NCBI RefSeq assembly: GCF_001194135.2
Contig: NC_068981.1
Location: 13,631,170-13,695,169, forward strand
From: Octopus bimaculoides
Taxonomy: Eukaryota
DNA length: 64,000 nucleotides
Direction of reading: 5' to 3'
Below are positions 23,401 to 36,250 of this stretch, piece after piece. Both the position numbers and the translations under genes were made by a program. The stretch's first letter is position 1, and each line of letters begins with the position of its first letter. A model generated the notes under the pieces. That model ran no database searches, was not told the origin of the DNA, and was given only the letters and a program-made list of their open reading frames with translations.

Positions 23401-24182
23401 ACATAAATTGCCCACATGGTCATGCAGGTACTCTGAATACACGAGTGCGCATGTGCACAAAAGCGCATATGGATACACACACTCAAACACACACACACAC
23501 ATCCAAAAATTGCAGACGCACGCGCGCCTCGAACGNNNNNNNNNNCGACGATGCCGACTATGACGACGGTGATGACTGTATTATACTGGCAGTTTAAAAA
23601 AAAAAACTTTTTCATTAAAAATACATTCAGTATTCATTCTTTTTATTTATATATTTCAAACAGACATTGTTCAGAGGTGCAACACATTTCTATAGAGCTG
23701 TAGATATCCTTTTTGTAAATCAATGCCAAGGTTAGACGAATTAAGATCTAATCCGTCACGCACATGCTTACTATTTACCATATCGTTGTTTTAAGTAATT
23801 TAAGTTTTCCATCTTTCCTGGGAAGCGAACATCAAAGACGCTTTCCTCATAAAATTCTGAAAAAAAAAAAAAATGGTTAGAAGGCAATATGTCTTCCTGT
23901 AAAAATAGGATCTTGAAGATTTGTTGGAATCAGACTTCATTCGATGCTCAGGAGTTTTTGACTAACCGTGAATGAGACAAAATATATTACCAGTGAATTG
24001 TCGGAAGCCGATGGGAAAGCAAACCATTTGAACTGGCTCAAGAAGACAAGTACTGCAGTAAGAACGTGCATTGTAGATGATAGAAACGTCTGGCCTAGAA
24101 TCGCAAATCTAATTATAAAAAGATCGTTTTGTTATACAAGACTTTTGTCGCTTTCATTGGTGTGTAGGTGCCCCCCCCCCCG

Positions 24183-24567
24183 TGGAGGTGCAATGGCCCA
24201 GTGGTTAGGGCAGCGGTCTCGCGGTCATAGGATCGTGGTTTCGATTCCCAGACCGGGCGTTGTGAGTGTTTATTGAGCGTAAACACCTAAAGCTTCACGA
24301 GGTTCGGCAGGGGATGGTGGCGAACCCTGCTGTACTCTTTCCCCACAACTTTCTCTCACTCTTTCTTCCTGCTTTTGTTGTGCCTGTAATTCAAAGGGCC
24401 AGCCTTGTCACACTGTGTCACGCTGAATATACCCGAGAACTACGTTAAGGTTACACGTGTCTGTGGAGTGCTCAGCCACTTGCACGTTAATTTCACGAGC
24501 AGGCTGTTCCGTTCATCGGATCGACTGAAACCCTCGACGTCGTAAGCGACAGAGTGCCAACAACAAC
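24183..24567 (+). mobile_element. tRNA-derived SINE with a distinct 5' half and the family-D 3' module
   Basis: A-box TGGCCCAGTGG, B-box GGTTTCGATTCC; from ~24385 near-identical to the family D tail, ending (CAA)n. Confidence 0.9.
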
Positions 24568-24735
24568 AGGTGACCCCCCCCCCCTGGGAGCTCTGATGTC
24601 ACAGTGGAGGGCGCTGAATTATCTGCAGAGCTGCTTCGGCATCTGATGAGACGTCGACTTCTGCATTCGGATACGGAGTTCAGCTTCACCTTCAGTACAC
24701 AAATGTTTACCTTAAAATCGCTCCATTCTGAGCAA

Positions 24736-24877
24736 TACTCTTTTACTTGTTTCAGTAATTTGACTGTGGCCATGCTTGAGCACCGCCTTTACTCAAGGTC
24801 CCACGCAGTGGGACTCAACCCGGAACCATGTGGTTCGTATAAGCAAGCTACTTACCCCACAGACACTCCTATGCCTA
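24736..24877 (-). mobile_element. Internally deleted SINE B/C
   Basis: Tail and head joined directly at ~24795. Confidence 0.75.
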
Positions 24878-25339
24878 TGTAAAGGTTATGTAACTTTCTG
24901 AGAAACGGCATGAAATTTAAAGTTGCAAATGAATTCCTTCTCTACGACACACTCCTATGTTTCGATGCAGTATATAAAAAAATTCAATTGACCGACTGCT
25001 ATTTATGATATGATTTCAAGAGTGCATGTCTGCTTGCGCACAAATTGAGACTAATCGTATAAACCGCTGGATATCCAAACACGTTTACTGTTAAATGCAT
25101 AAAAGCACATTTGTCATATTGTCTCAAGATGTTCGTATTTCAGATTCAATCAGTCACTTGGATATTTTTATAGCACATATATATTCTAATATATTTCAAA
25201 TTTGTACAGTACACACCAAGTAAATATCAAAAGCATTGAGAAGCTAATGCCTGTTGAGCTAGCACTACCCCCCCCCCCNNNNNNNNNNNNNNNNNNNNNN
25301 NNNNNNNNNNNNNNNNNNNNNNNNNNCCACACACACACA

Positions 25340-25570
25340 AGGCGGTGAGCTGGCAGAAAAGTTAGCACGCCGGGCGAAATGCTTAGCGGTATTTCGTCTG
25401 TCTTTACGTTCTGAGTTCAAATTCTGCCGAGGTAGACTTTGCCTTTCATCCTTTCGGGGTCGATTAAGCAAATACCAGTTACACACTGGAGTCGATATAA
25501 TCGACTTAATCCGTTTGTCTGTCCTTGTTTCTCCACTCTGTGTGTAGCCCCTTTTGTGCAGCAAAGAAAT
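25340..25570 (+). mobile_element. tRNA-derived SINE family A
   Basis: AGGCGGTGAGCTGGCAGAA..TTAGC head, B-box GAGTTCAAATTC, body GACTTTGCCTTTCATCCTTTCGGGGTCGAT. Confidence 0.9.
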
Positions 25571-25635
25571 GACACACACATACACACGCACACACACATA
25601 CACACACATTTATTTGTGTATGTGTGCATGTGTAT

Positions 25636-25746
<111 letters not shown>

Positions 25747-25777
25747 CAAACATATATATATATATATACGTTTGGGT

Positions 25778-25811
<34 letters not shown>

Positions 25812-25997
25812 ATATATTAGTCACTGTGAGGGTATTTAGACCTCTTATAGGGATATTTTTATCCAAGATACACTGGTTTAATATATTGCATTTTCAAGAG
25901 CTATTTCTTCAATGAATATATAATGAAATATCATAAAATATCAAATGTTATTATTCAGTTTGGAAAAGGAGAAATTCAATTGATATAAATTAATTCA

Positions 25998-26243
25998 TTA
26001 ATTAATTACCATCGTTACCTTACCTACAATTGTTTCATTTCACACCCAATTCAAATACTCCAATAGACTTTGCAATAGTCTGGTCGAGTATTTTAAGTGA
26101 TCAAAATGTAATCTCTGTATTGTCGTTTTTCATGCCCTGAAGATTTTCCACCCAAGGTATTTTGAAATGCAAACGTATACGCATTGTAATATAAATTGGA
26201 GATGAAATGAAACAATTGTAGGTAAGGATGAAAATTGATTAAT
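25998..26243. mobile_element. MITE-like element
   Basis: Inverted repeats 26018-26051 and 26194-26227 (25 bp perfect, CCTTACCTACAATTGTTTCATTTCA), extendable with an indel. Confidence 0.7.
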
Positions 26244-27043
26244 AAGTTTATTCATATCCATTGAACCTCTCCATTTTTAAACTTAAAAGCACACAAACAC
26301 ATATATATTTTCGATATTGTTCTGAGAAAATAAGTTTGTTATGGTTTTTCAGAAATGCATACGTAATGATATATTCTAAGTGCTTTTGAACTATCCAAGG
26401 CCGGGGTGAAGTGTTCATGAGTAGCCTACAGTTTACGCGCATGTGCGAACACAAATAACCTCTCATTTGTATGTTTGAATATCTCCGCTGCTTCATTTGC
26501 AATTTGTTTTTGATAAAACTCATTCAAAAATTTTCAATGTTTTTTTCTTAAACATTTTCTATCATTAATAGTGTGCTTATGTATCATTGTCTTTTTTTCA
26601 GTTAATAGTCTTCATTTAGTTACCATATTTTTTGAAATATTGAATGCACGTTTTATTAAGAACCGCTTTGCAATAATATACCTTATAGCGGTTTGCTTCA
26701 AAATTTACATTTTCAACTGTTTCATGCTTTACTGGCGTTCTTCTAAGAATTAATTTAACAACAGTAAATATATTTTTAGTGTTTTTTTCTTCACCATAAG
26801 ATTAAATTGCTATTAAATACGCACATATCGACTTGCTTCACCTCACTTACATATTTTGTGTAATAATATTTGAATATATATCTGCAACACATTTCTTCTG
26901 TTTGGTTTGTAACAAAGGGGTTTACAATAGTATGAATGAGACGAATTTAATTTTTCTTTATATGTAAACGTAGGTAAGATAACGATATTTACGATAGTAT
27001 TGTGTTTAGTAACGAATAAAAGCTATATGAAAAAATGAATCGA

Positions 27044-27081
<38 letters not shown>

Positions 27082-27135
27082 AGTGAGTGTGTGTATGCAT
27101 GATTATATGTATATATATATGTGTGCATGTGTACA

Positions 27136-27179
<44 letters not shown>

Positions 27180-27456
27180 CAAGTACCCGCACACACAAAC
27201 ACATACATATATATACATAATTTTATGCAGTAATTTTTCTTTGCTTTATAAATGCATGTTCTTTAAACATAATTGCATTTCATCTTATAAATCTATTTTA
27301 CGTTTTCCACGGTTACCATTCGAGCTTACATCATGCTGTATGTCGTGTAGTGCTTTTTTCACATGCATTATTGTATCATATATTCCAATGTACACAATAT
27401 AGGATTAAATAACAGAGAGCACATCAGTGTAAAACATGTACTTAAAGATAATGAGT

Positions 27457-27488
<32 letters not shown>

Positions 27489-28695
27489 TGTATGTATCTA
27501 TCTATCTATCTATANNNNNNNNNNNNNNNNNNNNNNNNNNNNNNNNNNNNNNNNNNNNNNNNNNNNNNNNNNNNNNNNNNNNNNNNNNNNNNNNNNNNNN
27601 NNNNNNNNNNNNNNNNNNNNNNNNNNNNNNNNNNNNNNNNNNNNNNNNNNNNNNNNNNNNNNNNNNNNNNNNNNNNNNNNNNNNNNNNNNNNNNNNNNNN
27701 NNNNNNNNNNNNNNNNNNNNNNNNNNNNNNNNNNNNNNNNNNNNNNNNNNNNNNNNNNNNNNNNNNNNNNNNNNNNNNNNNNNNNNNNNNNNNNNNNNNN
27801 NNNNNNNNNNNNNNNNNNNNNNNNNNNNNNNNNNNNNNNNNNNNNNNNNNNNNNNNNNNNNNNNNNNNNNNNNNNNNNNNNNNNNNNNNNNNNNNNNNNN
27901 NNNNNNNNNNNNNNNNNNNNNNNNNNNNNNNNNNNNNNNNNNNNNNNNNNNNNNNNNNNNNNNNNNNNNNNNNNNNNNNNNNNNNNNNNNNNNNNNNNNN
28001 NNNNNNNNNNNNNNNNNNNNNNNNNNNNNNNNNNNNNNNNNNNNNNNNNNNNNNNNNNNNNNNNNNNTATATATAAAATCATTCATTTATTATCATTTCA
28101 GTTAATAGAAATGAAAGATATTTTACCTTACTATACATGATTCCGACATATGCGTAATACCGTATTTCAAACATTTTATATATATATATATAGATATATA
28201 TATGTAAGATTAATTTATTCAAATATATCCAGTTTTATTACTAAATAGATGGAATTTATTGTAAGTAAGTAGTATTACCATTAACATTTAAATAGTATTA
28301 CCATTAACATTTATAGAAATTAATTTGGTTTTAAATATACTTCTAATGGATATTTGATCCAACTAACAGAACCATAAAATATTTCGTTCGTTTGTCCTTT
28401 AAGTTACTATGAGTCAATGACGTAATACACTTAATACATATCTCGTAGAAACGTAATACGCAATTCCTCGGTATATAAATAAGTAATCTTAATGTTATGA
28501 ATTCTGAATTTATTTTATTTATACGTACTTACTATTACAATATAAAATATAGATAATTTTTTTATCTTTATTTTATCTTATTTTATTCCCCTTACACCTT
28601 TCTTTCACCTCTTTTTGAACAAATCTAGAATTATCTACAACTATATATAACCTATGTATATTTAACAGAGGCTTAAACATAATATCTATCTATCT

Positions 28696-28794
28696 AACGT
28701 TAAAGACTTTCTGTATTCCCGAGCGTCAAACTAATACATCCTTTTGTTGTTTACACCACCTGTCCTCGTCTGTTGTTTTTTTTCGTACATTCTC

Positions 28795-28797
<3 letters not shown>
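28696..28797 (+). mobile_element. Fragment probably related to the 63.3-kb hammerhead-like repeat, followed by (TA)n
   Basis: Begins AACGTTAAAGACTTT, matching AACGTTAAGGACTTT at 63377-63391. Confidence 0.4.
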
Positions 28798-28857
<60 letters not shown>

Positions 28858-29034
28858 GCAATAAGAAAATGGAGGGGAATATGTGGTACTCACCAACTTG
28901 CAGACACTGTACTATGTTAATTAACTTGTTTATCTTTCAACCAAAAGGACAATAAAGACAATGTACGAACATATGTAACACACTATGTCATATCAACAAT
29001 CAAAGATTAAAATTTTAAAATTCAAAAGGACATG

Positions 29035-29142
29035 TATATAATATTTCGGAATATAAACATACCTTCTTCAGATAACCCTAGGGATTGATCAATCCTTAGG
29101 GATAGCTGAAGAAGAAATTTTTGTATTCCGAAATATCATATC
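29035..29142. ncRNA. Back-to-back pair of decayed hammerhead ribozymes in a ~100-bp palindrome
   Basis: Plus: GATAG CTGAAGA A GAAAT-6 nt-ATTCC GAAAT ATC ATATC (29101-29142). Minus: GTTAT CTGAAGA A GGTAT-6 nt-ATTCC GAAAT ATT. Centre GGATTGATCAATCC. Confidence 0.6.
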
Positions 29143-29289
29143 AGACTATAAATGATTAAATTACACCAGTTATTATAGTCCATTGCAGTTATTATAGTGC
29201 ATTGTTGTGCCATTCAAAACACATAATTACCATTAATTATTATTGTTTACAAACAATACACAATGCTTCAAGCGAACTACAATACTCTC

Positions 29290-29339
<50 letters not shown>

Positions 29340-29340
<1 letters not shown>

Positions 29341-30665
29341 TTTCTTAACTTATTTTCAGGGAAATTTAAAATACGCACAAGAAATTGTAGATATTCCAGT
29401 TTTGGGGAGTTATTTTTCTGTTGTTCTGCGGGTTGTATTACATATCCACAGTTTTCGAATAATGAAAGGAAGCGGTTGGAATTTTCCTATGCTTTGATTG
29501 ATGATGGTGTCACAATAAAAACACTGGTAACTGCGTAACCTGATAATCGCTACCTCATATGACTGACAATGAGAAAACAAAATATGAATAAAGGTGGTAA
29601 TGAAACTGAAGCCCTTGATGGTGACAGGCTCAGAGATACTGGTCTGACTCCAGCCTGTCGTTATCCAACAAGGGACCAGCACACACGGCCTAGACAGAAC
29701 AAACAAATCAATGCTGTGGTCATGGAGTGTTACTACTCTGAGCAACCCATAGACGAAAATGGTGTTCATCTTAGGGGATACCGACAACGTATGTATGATC
29801 AATGGAGATAAAGAGGATTGTTTCAACTCACGGAACAGAGATTATATGATCAAACCAGAGCAATAAGAAAAAAATCTCTGGTTCACAGAAGTAGAGCTCG
29901 AGGCTATCAAAAGAGGAGACGATGGAAAAGCAGAGGAAACGATGAAAATACAATTCCTACTGACGAAAGTACAGGCGAACGATAGCGACATTATTTGCAA
30001 CCTTAAAAAACTGATCGGTGGAAATTGAACCAAGAATCGAAAAATGTGAATGAAATTCTGAAATACATCAGAACAAACAACATCAGAGAAACAACTACTT
30101 TGATCACGGCAGCAAGTATTGCTGTGGGAGAAAACGTAGGTGTTGATGTTAAGAAAAAGAAATATAATCTGAGAGACAAAAGAAAATGTCCATGGGGGAA
30201 AAGAAGACTATAGGTGGGGTTAAATATGCTCTTGAAGGACCGAAAAGAAAAGGGGGATCTTTAAGGGCTGAAAGTGATAATGCAGGAACTTAAACGACAA
30301 ATTATAAAGAAAGCAAAGATAGTAAGATACGACCAAAGAATGGAGGGTTACCAGCAGAATAGGTTATTCAGAGTAGACCAGGAGAGATTCTACAAAGAAA
30401 TAAATCGAGAGCGTACAGAAGAAAAGTTGACACTAGATAATATTGCAAGACAAAGGTTCTGGAGTGACATCTGGAGTAAAGACAAGGAGCACAAGAAGGA
30501 TGCTGAATGGCTGAAAGAACTGGAACTAACAGCAGCCTATCCAAAACAGGCAGAAATAGTCATTTCAGTTAAGGAAGTGAAGGAAATTAAGAAAATATGG
30601 GCAACTGGAAGACCCTCGTACCAGATGGAGTTCAAGGCTACTGGATCAAATGATTTTGCGAATGG
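29340..30665 (+). mobile_element. R4/Dong-like retrotransposon 5' part (putative UTR and N-terminal region up to the start of RT)
   Basis: VMECYYSEQP..GYRQRMYDQWR..TEQRLYDQTRAIRK; RYDQRMEGYQQNRLFRVDQERFYKEIN; RFWSDIWS..HKKDAEWLKEL. Stops and frameshifts; 5' flank (AAT)n. Confidence 0.8.
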
Positions 30666-30840
30666 TATATATCTCGTTAAATGCCGACCAAGTACTAGGC
30701 TTACAAAAAATAAGCCTTGGGGATCGATTTGCTCGACTAAAGGTGATGCTCCAGTATGGCAGCAATCAAATGAATGAAACAAGTAAAAACATAAAACAAT
30801 AAAACAATGAAAAACGTAAATCATTCGACACTGAATATGT

Positions 30841-31090
30841 TCTTTTATTCTTTATTCTTTTACTTCTTTCAGTCAGTTGACTGCGGTCATGTTGCAGCAC
30901 CGCCTTTAGAAGAGCAAATCAACCCGAGGACTTATTTTTTGTAAGCCTAGTACTTATTCTATCGGTTTCTTTTTCCGAACCACTAAGTCACGAGGGCGTA
31001 AATACACTAGCATCGGTTGTCAAGCGATGTTGGAGTTTGAGATGAACACAGACACGCAAACATATGCATACATGCATGCACACATACATT

Positions 31091-31148
<58 letters not shown>

Positions 31149-31458
31149 CGGTGGGTTTCTTTCAGTTTCCCTCTCCCAAATCCACAGGTCGGCCTGAGGC
31201 TATAGTTGAAGTCACTTGCACAAGGTGCCACGCAGTAGGACTGTACTGGGAACCATGTGGTTGTCAAGCAAGATACCCACCACAGAGCCTCTCCTTATTA
31301 TACACGACGGGTTTCTTTCAGTTTCCGTCTACCAAATCCACTCACAAGGAATTGGACAGCCATATGCTATAGCAGAAGACAATTGCCCAAGATGCCACGC
31401 AGCTGGACTTAACCCAAAACCATGCGGTTGGTAAACAAGTTTCTTACCACACAGCCGC
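30841..31458 (-). mobile_element. Composite SINE B/C plus a second tandem B head; a plus-strand C tail lies at ~30685-30790
   Basis: Matches 20131-20540; extra head 31305-31458. Confidence 0.85.
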
Positions 31459-31853
31459 TAATATGATGCCTATAGATACACATTTAAATACTGACAAGTT
31501 TCTCTTCTTAAGAATATAAAACCAAATCAAGCTTTCAGAGATAATTATCCAAAATAACGATATTAATGTACAGTACAACGTAAATAGCCATTTAATAATG
31601 TAAATTTAAACATTTACAAAATGGAGTATTGATAAAACTTGGCTAATTCTAAACAATTTTAAGGATGGCTTTTTTCTTCTTTCAATATTACCATCAGGAA
31701 ATAGCAGACTATCGATAATCGCTTTAGGGCGTTTATTAAAGTCTAGCAAAAGTTACTGGTGTAAATGTAGTTTAATTCCTAAATATACACATTAAACACT
31801 CACGCTAACAATCACACACTAATATACACACATGCATTCATACATAGACATAC

Positions 31854-31886
<33 letters not shown>

Positions 31887-32486
31887 CATANNNNNNNNNN
31901 NNNNNNNNNNNNNNNNNNNNNNNNNNNNNNNNNNNNNNNNNNNNNNNNNNNNNNNNNNNNNNNNNNNNNNNNNNNNNNNNNNNNNNNNNNNNNNNNNNNN
32001 NNNNNNNNNNNNNNNNNNNNNNNNNNNNNNNNNNNNNNNNNNNNNNNNNNNNNNNNNNNNNNNNNNNNNNNNNNNNNNNNNNNNNNNNNNNNNNNNNNNN
32101 NNNNNNNNNNNNNNNNNNNNNNNNNNNNNNNNNNNNNNNNNNNNNNNNNNNNNNNNNNNNNNNNNNNNNNNNNNNNNNNNNNNNNNNNNNNNNNNNNNNN
32201 NNNNNNNNNNNNNNNNNNNNNNNNNNNNNNNNNNNNNNNNNNNNNNNNNNNNNNNNNNNNNNNNNNNNNNNNNNNNNNNNNNNNNNNNNNNNNNNNNNNN
32301 NNNNNNNNNNNNNNNNNNNNNNNNNNNNNNNNNNNNNNNNNNNNNNNNNNNNNNNNNNNNNNNNNNNNNNNNNNNNNNNNNNNNNNNNNNNNNNNNNNNN
32401 NNNNNNNNNNNNNNNNNNNNNNNNNNNNNNNNNNNNNNNNNNNNNNNNNNNNNNNNNNNNNNNNNNNNNNNNNNNNNNNNNNNNAG

Positions 32487-32597
32487 TAACCGATAGAATA
32501 AGTACTAGGCTTACAAAGAATAAGTCCTGGGGTCGATTTGCTCTACTAAAGGCGGTGCTCCAGCATGGCCGCAGTGAAATGACTGAAGCAAATAAAA
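32487..32597 (+). mobile_element. SINE C tail (5' part in gap)
   Basis: GATAGAATAAGTACTAGGCTTACAAAGAATAAGTCCTGGGGTCGATTTGCTC. Confidence 0.85.
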
Positions 32598-32608
32598 TAT
32601 TGTATATA

Positions 32609-32648
<40 letters not shown>

Positions 32649-32774
32649 CATACATACATACATACATACTTACATACATACGCAAACACACAGACACATG
32701 CATACACACATATATTTTCATTTACACACACGCACACACATAAATATACATATACATACATACACACACACACG

Positions 32775-32809
<35 letters not shown>

Positions 32810-32810
32810 C

Positions 32811-32881
<71 letters not shown>

Positions 32882-34293
32882 TAAAAAAAAGTCTAGGTAG
32901 AAAATACTAAACTGATTTTATCGCTTTTGAATATATTGTTTTTAATATTTGCGTAGGTGTTATTCTAAACAGCAGTTGTAGTAAAGTAAGAAAGAGGAAG
33001 AAGAAGATGATGAAGAAGAAGGAGACATGGAGGAGAGAAAGAATAAGAAAATGCAGGATGGTAGGATAATAGTAGGATGTTAAATGGTCAAGTGACCTAA
33101 AAGTGACGCGTTGTGGATTATAGAAGTGATTGGGTCTGTTTTAAATGAATTCTTGTGTATCTCTTTTGAATGTATCATTTTTAATATTTGCGCGTGTGCT
33201 ATTCTAATGTCGTGGTGGATAATGTCGTTTGTTGTAGATGCGATCAAAAGGGATCTGCATTTTGTAATAAAGAGAGGCTCTTTAATAATTCGTTGGCTAC
33301 AGGTTGTATCGTCCCTGAATTGAAAGAGGGGAACAATTCTGAAGCCTGGATTTTTGTTATTGGCGCAAATGTCGATGTGTTAGCTGAATGCTATTTTTCC
33401 GTTTTTCTAAATTTTGATCTGGGATCTGTGCAAAAACATCCTTTGACGTAGACTGTGTTTTGTTTGGCCTATGTATTGTGTATGTGTATGTGGGTAGATG
33501 TATCTGCGCGTGTACGTGCTTCTCTCCCACGTTGCCTGACGGACTGTGTTGATTTATTTACGTCCCAGCTTTTTAACGCTCCTGTAAAAGAGATAGAAAG
33601 AATAAGTACTAGACTTAAAAAACATATTAGTAGTGGAGTAGTCCTGATCGACAACTCTTCAAAGTGGTGCACCAGCAGGGCCATGCTCTGTTGACTGAAA
33701 CAAGTACGAGATAAAAGTAATTAGTTCTAGAAACCTGGAGGCATAAATTAAATACCAATTTCGTTGATGAGTCTGAGGTGTGCATGTGATAATGAAATTC
33801 AACTGTGTAGAAATTTGGTGCAGCACAATTTAAATCTCTAAGTGGCGGTAGTGATGGGTGTGTGGTGTATGCGTGGTGAAGTGAGTCAAATATCGTGAGT
33901 CACCTTATTTACAGAATTTATTGGCACTACTCTAATTCAAGCTGTTTGTTAATTGTTGGCTTCTGTTTTTCTCTTATTTTATATTATTATTTCACAATGC
34001 AAATATTTCTTTTATCCGCAGGCTATCGATGTTGCGATCTACAGTTACTGCGTTATTCTTGTTCATGTCTGTATGTTTTTGCGATATTCTTTAATTTGGA
34101 ATTTCTGTGGAAGAATCATGCTGCTAATGTAACATTTATTCGTTGCATTTGGTGCACAAGATCTGACATGCATAGTGCCATACGAAAGTATGCGCATATC
34201 TGTAATGCAGATAAAGAAGTTTGCGTCGCACAAAGGAACGTTTCTTCGACAAACATTTTCGTTTCTTAAGTCCTGAGGGGTTCAATTATATAT

Positions 34294-34474
34294 TTTATTT
34301 CTTTATTGCCCACAAGGGGCTAAACATAGAGGGGACAAACAAGGACAGACAAAGGGATTAAGTTGATTACATCCACCCCAGTGCATAACTGCTACTTTAT
34401 TTATCGACCCCGAAAGGGTGAAAGGCAAAGTCGACATCGGCGGAATTTGAACTCAGAACGTAACGGCAGTCGAA
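34294..34474 (-). mobile_element. SINE family A
   Basis: Reverse complement of the body and tail of 25340-25570. Confidence 0.85.
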
Positions 34475-35328
34475 GTTCAGAAAACCAATCAAAATTTGAA
34501 AAAACCAATAGTAGAGGGACAAGGCAAAGAAAATTCAACAATCTGCATTGTGAACCATTCCATTGACGCTTTTGATAATTTGCTTATTGGAGGTATATAT
34601 TGAGCACTAAACACCATTGGTCAAAACACCGAGGAGGTTTTTTAATGATGTTATGTAATGTCTCAACAAGCAATTATGTAATGTTGGCAGTTAATTTACC
34701 GAAACCTGTGTATGTTTTATAAGCATAAAATACCATAAATGTTTTCTGTTTTTCATTAATGCTATTCCGTCGCTCGTATTACACTCACCTGCTTAACCCA
34801 TTGCTTGATACCCCACGTCGTACCTTACTTCCTATCAGAGCAGAGTGTGCGATGTACTGCTGAGCCTGAAATTTAGTTACGTGCTACGCTTCATAGCGTT
34901 TATGTATTCTATGTGTATGCATATATATGTTAGTAATAATATCGGCTAAGTATTCTGCATTCCTTTTATGAGGCATATTTGATTTCCATTTTCTTTTGTT
35001 TCTTTAATTGCCAAAGTCATAAAATCATAGCACCGACTAGTTGCTGTGCCATTGCACACTTCTATTAAGCTATGAAGAACTTGCCAGCCAAACTTCAATT
35101 AATGGTTAAATATCTCACTAAAATGAGTTAGTATTGTACTGTTTATGTTCACACGTGTCTATGAATTCTAAAACACCTGGCACATATTTAATCGCTACAA
35201 CTTATTAATATCTCCTAGAAGAATATTCTGAAAGTTTCTTCTCTCATATCTCATTCCAGTAATTACTTCATGGTGATGTATGAAGTGACTGCTCTTTTTC
35301 TATATCATATCCTAATCTAATTAACTAG

Positions 35329-35583
35329 TATTCCGTCGGTTATTGGTTATTGCCTGTTGAACCGATCAACGGAACAGCCTCCTCGTGAAATTAACGTGCA
35401 AGTGGTTAAGCACTCCACAGACACGCGTACTCTTAACGTAGTTCTTAGGGAGATTCGGCGTGACACAGAATATGAAAACGCTGGCCCTTTGAAATACAGA
35501 TACTAATCATTTATGTTAACTGAGTGGACTGCACCAACGTGAAATAAAGTGTCTTGCTCAAGGACACAACGCACTGCTGGGAT
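35329..35583 (-). mobile_element. SINE family D, 5'-truncated
   Basis: CORE-like and 3' modules only. Confidence 0.8.
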
Positions 35584-36023
35584 TCCCAAATCTACATACA
35601 TACATACATACATACACACACACATACATACATGATAGCTGTCCCATCGTTATCCAGTATGGCCATTGCACAAGGCTTATCTGTTATCGGTGCTGTGATC
35701 GAACGTGACTTTTTAGCCCAGCTAAAGATCTACAATGTCTTGGATAGAATTGGCAGCTAAATCCTTTACTGGCAATTGCCGACTGTAGTTGTACCTTTGC
35801 GTGTCGTTTAAGTCCTCCCACTAAATAACACAACCTTACTGTGCCAAGGGTCTCATACATTTTCCAATGCACACACACAAACACACACACACACAAACAC
35901 ACACATACACACAAACACACACACAAAAAGACACACTCACACCCAAACACGCACGCGCACACACACCCACACACACACACATACACAAACGCACGCACAC
36001 GCACACACACACACACACACACA

Positions 36024-36250
36024 TTAGGTTGTCCGGAAAGTTCGTGCACATTTTTAAAAAAAGAAAAAGGTCAATAAATACTTGCCATTACATCTTTAAT
36101 TAACGAGATATGAACCATTTTGTTGCACAATGCGTCTCCATCTTTCCTTTAACTTGAAAATACCCTCTTCCCAGAATTGAGGTGGTTTCATGCCAAATAA
36201 ATCGAAAGGTAAGCTACTATAAATCGGCACGAACTTTCCGGACAACCCAA
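36024..36250 (-). mobile_element. Mariner-derived MITE
   Basis: 24-bp TIRs TT(A/G)GGTTGTCCGGAAAGTTCGTGC; TA on the right; encodes a transposase C-terminus KPPQFWEEGIFKLKERWRRIVQQNGSY. Confidence 0.85.

Noticed and set aside
24570-24735. GC-richer stretch with CTGATGA and open frames
   Set aside because: No GAAA box or helices for a hammerhead, and the translations are unrecognisable.
33090-33450. Possible Penelope GIY-YIG coding relic on minus
   Set aside because: Only a vague resemblance; no diagnostic motif could be read.
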